Shown piece after piece: positions 8,781 through 17,335 of a stretch of DNA of 64,000 bases. The number at the start of each line of letters is the position of its first letter. Positions within the stretch are counted from its first letter, which is position 1. Made by a program: the position numbers and the translations under genes. This stretch comes from an uncultured Collinsella sp. (lineage in GTDB: Bacteria > Actinomycetota > Coriobacteriia > Coriobacteriales > Coriobacteriaceae). The notes beneath the pieces are model-generated. The model was not told the DNA's origin. It ran no database searches and saw only the letters and a program-made list of their open reading frames with translations. The stretch spans positions 23,720 through 87,719 of the forward strand of contig UQSK01000001.1 of the NCBI GenBank assembly GCA_900543605.1. The letters are read 5' to 3'.

Positions 8781-8921
8781 CCGCCTCTCTGCTCCAAAGC
8801 GGACGTGCCCTTACTCCGTACGCCTAAAACTCCCCAGTTGACCGAAAACCCGCCGCCGCTACTCCTCGATTGAGCTATAACGTTAAACAATTGCAGCGTT
8901 TTTGCATGGGGGAGTGATGGT

Positions 8922-11804
8922 ATGACGCTACTGTATTTCCTTACCCTGTTTCCGCTGGTACCGGCGCTGGGCATGCTGCTCGCGCGCGGTGACCGCGCCC
9001 GCGATGCGGTGGGGCTCATAGGCTCCGGCATTATTATGGCGGTGACAGTTGTAGTCGCCGTCATGTTTTTTGGCACGGGTCCGCAGAGCTTTGAGGTTGC
9101 CTCCGGCACCTCGCATGTGCTCTCGATCATCAGCTCCGCCATCGATGTCATCCTGTGCGCCGTCATCCTGTACAACGCGTACAAATATAGGAACGCGCTC
9201 ACCATGGTGCTCGGCATGGTCCAGCTGGTGGGCTCGCTCGCCTTTGCAGCCATGACGCTGCCCGCGGCCGAAGCCGTCACGGCGACGCCGCTCTACCTGG
9301 ACTACATGAGCGTGATCATGGTCCTCGCCGTCGGCATTGTTGGCAGCCTCATCTGTGTGTATGCCCTGGGCTACATGAAGGACTTCCAAGCGCACGACGA
9401 GCACGAGGCCGCGCTGCGCGGGCAGACCGCGCCCGACCGTCGCCCGCAGTTCCTGGCGCTCATGTTCCTGTTCCTCTCGGCCATGTTCGTCATCGTGACG
9501 AGCGACAACCTTGAGTGGCTGTTCTGCGGCTGGGAAATCACCACCGTGTGCTCGTTCCTTATGATTGGCTATACGCGCACGCCCGAGGCCATCAAGAACG
9601 CCTTTACCCAGATTATCCTCAACATGCTGGGCGGCATCGCGTTTTTGGTGGGCCTTATGTTCTTGCACCTTAACGGCATGCCGCTGACCATCTCGGGCAT
9701 GATTGAGCTTTCCGGCGCCGGAACCGCGCAATCCGCGCTGCTGGTGATGCCGGTCGTTCTGCTGTCGCTCGCCGCGCTCACCAAGGCCGCACAGATGCCG
9801 TTCCATACCTGGCTGCTCGGTGCTATGGTTGCCCCCACGCCCACGAGCGCCCTGCTGCACTCGTCAACCATGGTCAAGGCCGGCGTGTTCCTGATGGTCA
9901 AGCTGAGCCCGCTCTATGCCATCTATCCCGTGACTGGCTTTATGGTCACGAGTGTGGGTGCCATCACGTTTTTGCTCGCCGCCCTCATGGCCATCTCGCA
10001 GAGCAACGCCAAACGCGTGCTCGCGTACTCCACCATTTCCAACTTGGGCCTCATCAGTGCCTGCTTGGGTGTCGGCGCGCCCGAGGCCGTGTGGGCCGCC
10101 ATCTTCCTGATCCTGTTCCACACGGTGGCCAAGTCGCTGCTGTTCCTGTGCGTGGGCACGGCCGAGCATCATATCGGCAGCCGCAATATCGAGGACATGG
10201 ACGGTATGTTCAGCCGCATGCCGCATCTGACGCGTCTGATGATGCTGGGCATCATGGGCATGTTCGTGGCGCCGTTTGGCATGCTCGTGTCCAAATGGGG
10301 CGCCCTGGTGGCGTTTGCCCAGACCGGCAACGTGCTCATGATCATGGTGCTGGCCTTTGGCTCGGCCGCGACGTTTTACTTCTGGGGCAAGTGGCTTGCC
10401 AAGCTTTCGGGCGTCGACCCCACGGCTCAAAACGTTGAGGTCAATGTCCATAAGACCGAATGGATGGCGCTCAACACCATCGCCGCGCTGCTGATTCTGT
10501 GCTGCGTGGCGTTTCCGGTTATCTCGAGCGGCCTGGTGTCGCCTTACTTGGCCATGGTGTTTGGCCGCGTGCCGTACGTTATTGGCAAGGACGCCATGTA
10601 TCTGATGGTGGTTATCGTGGCGTTTATCGCCGTGGTGCTGCTGACTTCATTCCGCGTGAGCAACAAACCACACGTAAACGTATATCTTTCGGGTGTGGGA
10701 ACCGACAATTACCGCCATTTCCGCGGCTCGATGGGACACGAGGTGAAGGCCGAAAAGCGCAATTGGTACTCGGAGGACGCCCTTGGCGAGAAGCGTATTA
10801 GCCCCGCGGGTAGCGTCGTGTGCTGCAGCATTATCTTGTTTGCGCTGCTGTGTTGCGCGTGGATTGGGCCCGAGAGACTTGCCATGAGCGCGCCCTCGGT
10901 GCTGCGCGGCAAGTATTTTGAAGGTTCGGGCGTCGTGGGCATCTTTATTGGTACCGTGGCGTTTGCCCTGATTGCGCCGCTTGTGGGCGGCCTGATCGAC
11001 GGCGTTGACCGTAAGCTTTCGGCTCGCATGCAGGGCCGCGTGGGCCCGCGCTTGCTGCAGCCCTTCTACGACGTTGCCAAGCTGCTGCGCAAGGCCCCTG
11101 CCAGCGTAAACACCATGGACGATACCTACATGGCGTGCGCGCTCATCTTTACCGTGGTGGGCGGCGGCATCTTTGTGTCGGGCTCCAACACGCTGCTGTG
11201 CGCCTTTATGGTGACGCTCGCCGCGATCTTTGTGGTGCTGGCGTCCGCCTCGACGCAAAGCCCGTTTGCCCAGGTTGGCGCCGATCGCGAGTTGCTGCAG
11301 GTCATGAGTTACGAGCCCGCCGTTCTGCTGATGAGCGTGGGCCTGTATCTTGCCACCGATAGCTTCGATTCCATTGCCGTGACGGGACAGTCGGCCCCCA
11401 TCATCGTGTACAGCGCGCCCATTTTCTTCGCGCTGCTCGCGGTGCTTACCATCAAGCTGCGCAAGTCGCCGTTTGACCTTTCGTACTCGCATCACGCGCA
11501 TCAGGAGATCGTCCAGGGCGTCGCCACCGAGATGAGCGGCGGCACGCTGGCAAAGATGACCCTTATGCACTGGTGCGAGACCGTGCTGTTTTTGATGTGG
11601 GTGGGCATGTTCTTTGTTTGGGACAACCCGGTGAGCTGGGTCGTAGCCCTGGTCGTGATGGCCGCGACGTATTTTGTCGAGGTGCTGATCGACAACACCT
11701 TCGCACGCAGCACCTGGCGCAGCTGCTTTAAGCTCGGATGGGGCGTGGCGCTGGTGTTTGGCCTGCTCAACCTTATGCCCATCCTCGTCGACGTGTTTAT
11801 TTAG
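8922..11804 (+). CDS. echA-echB fusion: fused Ech hydrogenase membrane subunits: NuoL/antiporter-like EchA domain (about aa 1-630) plus NuoH/HycD-like EchB domain (about aa 665-960)
   Basis: A single uninterrupted 960-aa ORF. The N-terminal two thirds is a polytopic proton-conducting transporter-like region (WLLGAMVAPTPTSALLHSSTMVKAGVFL). The C-terminal third carries the NuoH/HycD hallmark RMQGRVGPRLLQPFYDVAKLLRK. Confidence 0.8.
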   Translation: MTLLYFLTLFPLVPALGMLLARGDRARDAVGLIGSGIIMAVTVVVAVMFFGTGPQSFEVASGTSHVLSIISSAIDVILCAVILYNAYKYRNALTMVLGMVQLVGSLAFAAMTLPAAEAVTATPLYLDYMSVIMVLAVGIVGSLICVYALGYMKDFQAHDEHEAALRGQTAPDRRPQFLALMFLFLSAMFVIVTSDNLEWLFCGWEITTVCSFLMIGYTRTPEAIKNAFTQIILNMLGGIAFLVGLMFLHLNGMPLTISGMIELSGAGTAQSALLVMPVVLLSLAALTKAAQMPFHTWLLGAMVAPTPTSALLHSSTMVKAGVFLMVKLSPLYAIYPVTGFMVTSVGAITFLLAALMAISQSNAKRVLAYSTISNLGLISACLGVGAPEAVWAAIFLILFHTVAKSLLFLCVGTAEHHIGSRNIEDMDGMFSRMPHLTRLMMLGIMGMFVAPFGMLVSKWGALVAFAQTGNVLMIMVLAFGSAATFYFWGKWLAKLSGVDPTAQNVEVNVHKTEWMALNTIAALLILCCVAFPVISSGLVSPYLAMVFGRVPYVIGKDAMYLMVVIVAFIAVVLLTSFRVSNKPHVNVYLSGVGTDNYRHFRGSMGHEVKAEKRNWYSEDALGEKRISPAGSVVCCSIILFALLCCAWIGPERLAMSAPSVLRGKYFEGSGVVGIFIGTVAFALIAPLVGGLIDGVDRKLSARMQGRVGPRLLQPFYDVAKLLRKAPASVNTMDDTYMACALIFTVVGGGIFVSGSNTLLCAFMVTLAAIFVVLASASTQSPFAQVGADRELLQVMSYEPAVLLMSVGLYLATDSFDSIAVTGQSAPIIVYSAPIFFALLAVLTIKLRKSPFDLSYSHHAHQEIVQGVATEMSGGTLAKMTLMHWCETVLFLMWVGMFFVWDNPVSWVVALVVMAATYFVEVLIDNTFARSTWRSCFKLGWGVALVFGLLNLMPILVDVFI

Positions 11805-11816
11805 GAGGCGGCATCC

Positions 11817-12419
11817 ATGGATCATAAAATGTCGCGCTCGCCGTGGGTTATTCATTACGACGGCTCGAGCTGCAACGGATGCGATATCGAGGTGCTGGCC
11901 TCGCTCACGCCACTGTTCGACGCGGAGCGCTTTGGCGTGGTCAACACCGGCAATCCCAAGCATGCGGATATCTTTTTGGTGACGGGGTCGGTCAATGCCC
12001 AGAACCTGCCCGTCGTGCGCCAGATCTACAACCAGATGCTCGAGCCCAAGTGCGTGGTGGCGTGCGGTATCTGCGCGTGCTCGGGCGGCGTGTTCCGCGA
12101 TGCGTATAACGTGATCGGCGGCGTGGACCGCGCGATTCCCGTAGACGTGTACGCGCCCGGGTGCGCCATTCGCCCCGAGACCGTGATCGATGCCATCGTG
12201 GAGGCGTGCGGCATCCTGGACCAGAAGGAGGCCGTGATGCGCGCCGGTGGCGATCCGCTCACCGTAGGCGGTGCCGCTACCTGGGATGGTGGCGTTGAGC
12301 TGGGCGAGGACGGGTTTGTGGCTGCGGGGGTCGGCGACGCCCCTGCCGGGACGCCCGCCGCACCCGCCGCTGGCGACGCACCTGCTGGGACGCCCGCCGC
12401 TGCAAAGGAGGCCGAGTAA
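11817..12419 (+). CDS. echC: Ech [NiFe]-hydrogenase small subunit (NuoB/HycG-like)
   Basis: The cysteine pattern GSSCNGCDIE ... CGICACSGG ... PGC is NuoB-like. The C-terminal extension holds a duplicated GDAPAGTPAAPAA unit. Confidence 0.85.
   Translation: MDHKMSRSPWVIHYDGSSCNGCDIEVLASLTPLFDAERFGVVNTGNPKHADIFLVTGSVNAQNLPVVRQIYNQMLEPKCVVACGICACSGGVFRDAYNVIGGVDRAIPVDVYAPGCAIRPETVIDAIVEACGILDQKEAVMRAGGDPLTVGGAATWDGGVELGEDGFVAAGVGDAPAGTPAAPAAGDAPAGTPAAAKEAE
12333..12400 (+). repeat. 39-nt in-frame tandem duplication in the echC tail
   Basis: GGCGACGCCCCTGCCGGGACGCCCGCCGC at 12333 and GGCGACGCACCTGCTGGGACGCCCGCCGC at 12372. Confidence 0.8.
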
Positions 12420-13111
12420 TGCAAAAGGCTATCTATACCACCGTCGGGATCGATGAGCTGTTGCCGCATGTGCAGGCGCTCAAGGGTGCCGGCGCGCGCT
12501 TTGTGCAAATGCACGCCGAGCGCAACGTCGACGACGGCTCGTATCGCTTGGTCTACACGTTTATCAACGTTCGTGCTGCTCAGGAGCATATTGCGCAGGA
12601 CGGCAGCTATGCGATTGAGAACCTGGTAGTCGAGGGTATCGACCAGTACCAGGAGATTCCGTCCATCAGCTCGTACTATCCGGCGGTATTCCCGTTTGAA
12701 AACGAAGCGCACGACCTATTTGGTCTTGCCGTCACCGACATGCAGATCGACTTTAAGGGCTTTTTCTACCAGGTTTCGACTGCCGAGCCCATGAGTGTGA
12801 TCACACCCGAGGTGAAGGCTGCGCGCGAGAAGGCCATGAAGGTCCGCGCGGCTGCCGAGGCCAAGGCGCGCAAGGCCGCGGCCGAAAAGGCCGCTGCCGC
12901 TGCTGCTGCCGGCGATGCTGCGGGCGCTGCCGCTCAGCCCGATGCGGCTGCCGGCTCCGATGCTCAGCACGATGAAGCTGCTGCGAAGGCCGCGCTCAAG
13001 GCTGCCGAGATGGAGGCAAAGCTCGCCGCCATGGATTCCGAGAAAGCGGCCAAGGTCCGCGCGGCGCTTGCCGCCAAGGCCGCCCGCGACAAGCAGAAAA
13101 AGGAGGCGTAA
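12419..13111 (+). CDS. echD: Ech hydrogenase subunit D (NuoC/30-kDa-like) with a ~100-aa Ala/Lys-rich tail
   Basis: The position between echC and echE, and the NuoC-like core (YYPAVFPFENEAHDLFG), support the call. The TAATG overlap suggests translational coupling with echC. The tail is low-complexity (AAAEAKARKAAAEKAAAAAAA...). Confidence 0.7.
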   Translation: MQKAIYTTVGIDELLPHVQALKGAGARFVQMHAERNVDDGSYRLVYTFINVRAAQEHIAQDGSYAIENLVVEGIDQYQEIPSISSYYPAVFPFENEAHDLFGLAVTDMQIDFKGFFYQVSTAEPMSVITPEVKAAREKAMKVRAAAEAKARKAAAEKAAAAAAAGDAAGAAAQPDAAAGSDAQHDEAAAKAALKAAEMEAKLAAMDSEKAAKVRAALAAKAARDKQKKEA

Positions 13112-13116
13112 GGTCC

Positions 13117-14205
13117 ATGGCACATCGCTCCGTTATTCCGTTTGGCCCGCAGCACCCGGTGCTGCCCGAGCCGCTTCATCTGGACCTGGTGATCGAGGAC
13201 GACCGCGTCATCGAGGCAATTCCGCAGATCGGCTTTGTGCACCGCGGACTCGAGAAGCTCACCGAAAAGCGTGATATGCACCAGTTTGGCTACATCGCCG
13301 AGCGCATCTGCGGCATCTGCGCCGTGGGCCATAGCTGTGGCTATGCCAGCGCCTGCGAGCGTATGCTCGACATCGAGGTGCCCGGCCGCGTGCAGTATAT
13401 CCGCACCATTTTGCACGAGCTCTCGCGCATCCACTCGCACCTGCTGTGGCTGGGCCTGCTCGCCGATGCCTTTGGCTTTGAGGCGCTGTTCTATCGTTCG
13501 TGGACCCTGCGCGAGCAGATTCTCAAGATCTTTGAGAGCACGTGCGGTGGCCGCGTGATTCTGTCGATTAACGAGATCGGCGGCCTTAAGCACGACATTG
13601 AGGACTCCGAGCTGGCGGGTATTGTCCAGACGCTCGACGCCATGCGTCCCGACTACGAGGCCCTGGTGCATACGTTTTTGGACGACAATAGCTGCGGCGA
13701 GCGCCTGCACGGCGTGGGCGTGATCAGCAAGAAAGACGCGCTGGAGCTTTCGATGGTCGGCCCGTTCGGCCGCGCCTCGGGCGTGGATTACGACGTGCGC
13801 ATGTTCGGTGACGGTGCCTATGCGGACCTGGCTGCATTTGAGCCCATCATTGCCACCGACGGCGACTGCTATGCCCGCTGTCAGGTGCGTTGTGCCGAGG
13901 TCATGCAGGCCATGGACATCATTAAGGAGCTTGTGGGCAAGATTCCGCACGACGGCATCGGCGGGCGTACCAAGCTTACGCCGGCCGACGGCGCGCGCGG
14001 CGAGGTTGTGATTGAGCAGCCGCGCGGCGAGGCGTATTACTATGTGCGCGGTAACGGCACCAAGAACCTGGACCGTTTCCGCGTGCGCACGCCGACGTCG
14101 CAGAACCTGGCGGGTCTGACGCATGCACTGCAGGGCGTGCTCCTTGCCAACGTGCCCATGATTATCCTGACCATCGACCCCTGCATTAGCTGCACGGAAA
14201 GGTAG
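13117..14205 (+). CDS. echE: Ech [NiFe]-hydrogenase large subunit (NuoD/HycE-like)
   Basis: The N-terminal Ni-binding motif RICGIC and the C-terminal motif DPCISCTER are both present. FGPQHPVLPEPL is typical of group 4 hydrogenases. Confidence 0.9.
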   Translation: MAHRSVIPFGPQHPVLPEPLHLDLVIEDDRVIEAIPQIGFVHRGLEKLTEKRDMHQFGYIAERICGICAVGHSCGYASACERMLDIEVPGRVQYIRTILHELSRIHSHLLWLGLLADAFGFEALFYRSWTLREQILKIFESTCGGRVILSINEIGGLKHDIEDSELAGIVQTLDAMRPDYEALVHTFLDDNSCGERLHGVGVISKKDALELSMVGPFGRASGVDYDVRMFGDGAYADLAAFEPIIATDGDCYARCQVRCAEVMQAMDIIKELVGKIPHDGIGGRTKLTPADGARGEVVIEQPRGEAYYYVRGNGTKNLDRFRVRTPTSQNLAGLTHALQGVLLANVPMIILTIDPCISCTER

Positions 14206-14212
14206 GCGCGGC

Positions 14213-14554
14213 ATGAGTTTGCTGACATTTGCCAAGACGGCCTTGGGCTCTATGGTCAAGCAGCCGGTAACGGTGTGCTATCCGCAGGAGAAGCTGACGG
14301 CGCCCGAGCGCTTGCGCGGGCATATCGTCAATGACATGGACGTGTGCATCTGCTGCGGCATGTGCGCGCGGCGTTGCCCGGCGGGCGCACTCGCGGTCGA
14401 TCGCAAGGGTGGAATGTGGTCGATCGATCCGTATGCCTGCGTGGTGTGCGGCGAGTGCGTCGAAAGCTGCCCCAAACACTGCCTGACTATGGACACCGCT
14501 CGCACTCCAGTTGCGGCGGACAAGACCCCCACGGTAGAAACCAAGCCGGAGTAG
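14213..14554 (+). CDS. echF: Ech hydrogenase 2x[4Fe-4S] ferredoxin subunit (NuoI/HycF-like)
   Basis: Two CxxCxxCxxxCP motifs are present (CICCGMCARRCP and CVVCGECVESCP). Confidence 0.85.
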   Translation: MSLLTFAKTALGSMVKQPVTVCYPQEKLTAPERLRGHIVNDMDVCICCGMCARRCPAGALAVDRKGGMWSIDPYACVVCGECVESCPKHCLTMDTARTPVAADKTPTVETKPE

Positions 14555-14575
14555 CTCTGGAATGGGGCTGGAATA

Positions 14576-14609
14576 GGGGCCGGTGGGGCAAAAATGCCCC
14601 GCCGGCCCC
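14576..14609 (+). terminator. GC-rich hairpin at the end of the ech operon
   Basis: GGGGCCGGTGGGGC-AAAAAT-GCCCCGCCGGCCCC. No T-run follows it. Confidence 0.45.
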
Positions 14610-14640
14610 GCGCGTGAACGCGCGGTTAGGCTGCCGCTAG

Positions 14641-14794
14641 CAAAACTATGCCGGATTACGGGGCTGGATAGCGAACCTCCGACCATGCTGAAAACCGCAA
14701 AAACAAAACCGCAGGTAGATAGCCTGCCGTTTTTCAAAAAATGAAGGTATGGATGAGGGTTCCGACTTTAGCCCCGTAATCCGGCATAGTTTTG
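14641..14794. repeat. MITE-like nested palindrome, copy 1
   Basis: Perfect 25-nt terminal inverted repeats CAAAACTATGCCGGATTACGGGGCT / AGCCCCGTAATCCGGCATAGTTTTG. The interior holds a terminator-like hairpin (GCAGGTAGATAGCCTGC plus TTTTT). Confidence 0.8.
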
Positions 14795-14888
14795 AAATGA
14801 CACCATATCCGTAACAGCCCTTGATCTCCCGTGGACAGAGGGAATCGGGTCATTTTGGCCTTGCGAGGGCTGCCACGTGACCCGTCTG

Positions 14889-15046
14889 CCACGAAATGGG
14901 CCCATCTACTACGTTTAAGCCGCTACCCTCAACCATGGCAAATAATGCGAAATAAAAACCGCAGGTAAAACGCCTGCGGTTTTTCATGAAAAGCGGTTAT
15001 GGTCGGGGGTATCGATTCAAACGTAGTAGATGGGCCGATTTCGTGG
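14889..15046. repeat. MITE-like nested palindrome, copy 2
   Basis: 30-nt near-perfect terminal inverted repeats CCACGAAATGGGCCCATCTACTACGTTTAA / TTCAAACGTAGTAGATGGGCCGATTTCGTGG. The central hairpin AAAAACCGCAGG-N-CCTGCGGTTTTT looks like a bidirectional terminator. Confidence 0.8.
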
Positions 15047-15138
15047 CGGGCGCCGTCAGCCGATCTCCGCGGGCGGAAGAAAACGGATCATTTTGGTCCC
15101 GCGAGGCTTGCGCAGGCACTCGTGCAGGGCCGCCCGAA

Positions 15139-15292
15139 CAAAACTATGTCGGTTTACTACGACGAATTCGATATTCCCGACCATGACTGCATTTTTCTAA
15201 ATATTGCAAGCGTTCTACCTGCGGTTTTGCAAGCGCGCAATTTGCCGTGATCGAAGGTGGACGATTCATCGTAGTAAACCGGCATAGTTTTG
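15139..15292. repeat. MITE-like nested palindrome, copy 3 (hybrid of the copy 1 and copy 2 termini)
   Basis: The terminal repeats CAAAACTATGTCGGTTTACTACGACGAAT / ATTCATCGTAGTAAACCGGCATAGTTTTG differ at 2 positions. As in copy 1, the element is followed by AAATGRCA. Confidence 0.75.
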
Positions 15293-15352
15293 AAATGGCA
15301 TTAAATCGGTGGCTGCCATTTTGCTATGCGGGAGCGGTTGGCCGTTGGGAAA

Positions 15353-15982
15353 TTACCCTCGCAGGTAGGCGATGGCGATCTGCGTGCGGTTGCGCAGGCC
15401 CATTTTGGCAAGGATTGAGCTGATGTGGTTGCGTACGGTGCCTTCGCCCATATAGGCGGTGGCGGCAATCTCCTTGTTGTCGAGACCGCGGGCGATGAGC
15501 TCGGCGACTTCGAACTCGCGGTCGGTCAGGCCGGCAAAGGCCGTGGGCCGGTGGGGCGCGCCCGCCTCGACGCCCGTTCCGTCAAAATCGATGTCCTCGA
15601 TCGCCTTACCCTCGAGCACGCGTTTGCCGTCCATGGCCTGCGCCAACGCCGGTGGAATGGCGGCGACATCGGTTTTAATCAGGTAGCCGCGGGCGCCCAG
15701 CTTGAGCGCCGACACAATGTACTCGTCATCCGAGAATGTCGTCAGAAACACCACGCGTGCCTCAGGGTCGCGCTCAAGGATCTCACGTGCCGCCGAGAGG
15801 CCGTCGCGCTCCGGCATCTGAATGTCGAGCAGCGCGATATCGGGTGCGTGCTCGGCGTAGAGCGCGACCGCGTCGTCGCCGTTGGCACCGGTGCCCACCA
15901 CCTCAATCTGCGGCTGGGCGCCCAGGATAATCTTGAGCGAATCGACCACCAAGCGGTCGTCGTCGACAACAATGAGCCTCAT
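15353..15982 (-). CDS. NarL/LuxR-family response regulator
   Basis: The receiver domain is MRLIVVDDD...DIALLDIQMPERDG...K. The C-terminal GerE HTH is LTDREFEVAELIARGLDNKEIA...TVRNHISSILAKMG. Confidence 0.9.
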   Translation of the reverse strand: MRLIVVDDDRLVVDSLKIILGAQPQIEVVGTGANGDDAVALYAEHAPDIALLDIQMPERDGLSAAREILERDPEARVVFLTTFSDDEYIVSALKLGARGYLIKTDVAAIPPALAQAMDGKRVLEGKAIEDIDFDGTGVEAGAPHRPTAFAGLTDREFEVAELIARGLDNKEIAATAYMGEGTVRNHISSILAKMGLRNRTQIAIAYLRG

Positions 15983-17124
15983 CGGCCCTCATCTCCTTGC
16001 TGTTTGGGAACGGTGGCAAACACGCGCCAGCCGGAGGAGCCGGCGCGCGGGCCGGCGGTGAAGGTGCCGCCAAGCGCCTCGATGCGCTCGCGCATGGAGG
16101 CGAGTCCCATGCCCTCCGCGGCGCCGCAACCGCTTGCTTGGGCCCCGCCCGCGCCATCGTCGGTAACGATGAGCTGGTAAAACGACGGATGCTCCATGCA
16201 CCGTACGGTGACGGTCTGGGCGCAAGCGTGGCGTATGGTGTTGGAGAGTGCCTCGCGCAGGACCGCTGCAAAGCAGTTGGCGACGTTTGCGGGCGCATGT
16301 TCGGTCATAACTTCAAGCTCAATCTGCGGGCCGCCGTCCGAGCGCGCGCCCTCGACAATGCGTTCGAGCTGCACGGAAAGGTCAACTGCGTTGTCGTTGA
16401 GCGCGTGGACGCTGGCGCGCACAAGCTGGAGCGCCTCGTCAACCGTGCGTTTGACGTCGGCGAAATCGGCGGCGACGCCGGGCTCGTCGGCGTGGACCAC
16501 GCGCAGGGCCTCGGTCTGCAGTGAGGCGCGCGTGAGCTGGTGCCCGACGTTATCGTGGATCTCGCGCGCGATGCGGGCGCGTTCGGCGAGCGTCGCGAGC
16601 TCGACTTCGTAGTCCTGGCGGTCGGCAAGATCGCGGTTGCGCGCTTCGAGCACGAGGGCTCGTTCTTGCAGCTCATCGCGGATACGGCGCATGCGCTGCT
16701 GCTCGCGCTCCAACTGAGCGGTACGTAGCGATAGCAAGGTGGCAGCAACCGAAAGGATGGCGGTCAGCAGGAGCGTTCGGGCGGTGAGCGCGTCGGTGCG
16801 AAGGTTCGCGACAAGCGCAAAGGCAAAAGCGGAGCCAATGCCCAGCGCGACCCAGGCGCGCTCGCGGCGCACGCGTCGTGCGATGTCATAGAGGGCGAGA
16901 GGCGCAAACGGCACAAACGGCGGCACGAAGACGGCCGCGATGATGTAGGAGTAACTCGCGGCCTCGCTTGTGCGGCGCGTGCGTTCTCCCTGTGCCACCT
17001 CGGCCAGCGAGGTGGCAATAACGCCAAGGCAAAACGCCGCGACCAGGCGAGCGTCCACGGCAAGGCCCATTGCGGCCGCAATGCAGCACGCCAGCACGAT
17101 CGATTTGTCGAAAAGCCTGTTCAT
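15979..17124 (-). CDS. sensor histidine kinase (HisKA_3 / LiaS-DesK type)
   Basis: The start was moved to the ATG at 17124 (MNRLFDKS), followed by TM helices. The H-box is RIAREIHDNVGHQL. The HATPase part contains NTIRHA ... DDGAG ... GMGLASMRER. The gene overlaps the response regulator start. Confidence 0.85.
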   Translation of the reverse strand: MNRLFDKSIVLACCIAAAMGLAVDARLVAAFCLGVIATSLAEVAQGERTRRTSEAASYSYIIAAVFVPPFVPFAPLALYDIARRVRRERAWVALGIGSAFAFALVANLRTDALTARTLLLTAILSVAATLLSLRTAQLEREQQRMRRIRDELQERALVLEARNRDLADRQDYEVELATLAERARIAREIHDNVGHQLTRASLQTEALRVVHADEPGVAADFADVKRTVDEALQLVRASVHALNDNAVDLSVQLERIVEGARSDGGPQIELEVMTEHAPANVANCFAAVLREALSNTIRHACAQTVTVRCMEHPSFYQLIVTDDGAGGAQASGCGAAEGMGLASMRERIEALGGTFTAGPRAGSSGWRVFATVPKQQGDEGR

Positions 17125-17335
17125 ACGGGTATTGTACGCGATGCTGCGCGCGGGGGAGGCGCCGCCCGGGGCAACCGTGACATTCCTCCCGCGCGGCAAA
17201 GCAGAGTCAATTGCTCGCGCGAGCGGGGGTTTCGCCTCCGCCCCCTCGCACTCGTGACAAAGCTCACTGGTGCGCGCCGGCGGCTCCTGCGATGATGCAA
17301 TCGTACCGGGCCGCAATCAACGGAAGGGCCGCCTC

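Noticed and set aside
10647-14259. Minus-strand ORFs 10647..11963 (438 aa) and 12964..14259 (431 aa) opposite the ech genes
   Set aside because: These are shadow ORFs. The plus-strand ech genes carry the diagnostic hydrogenase motifs.
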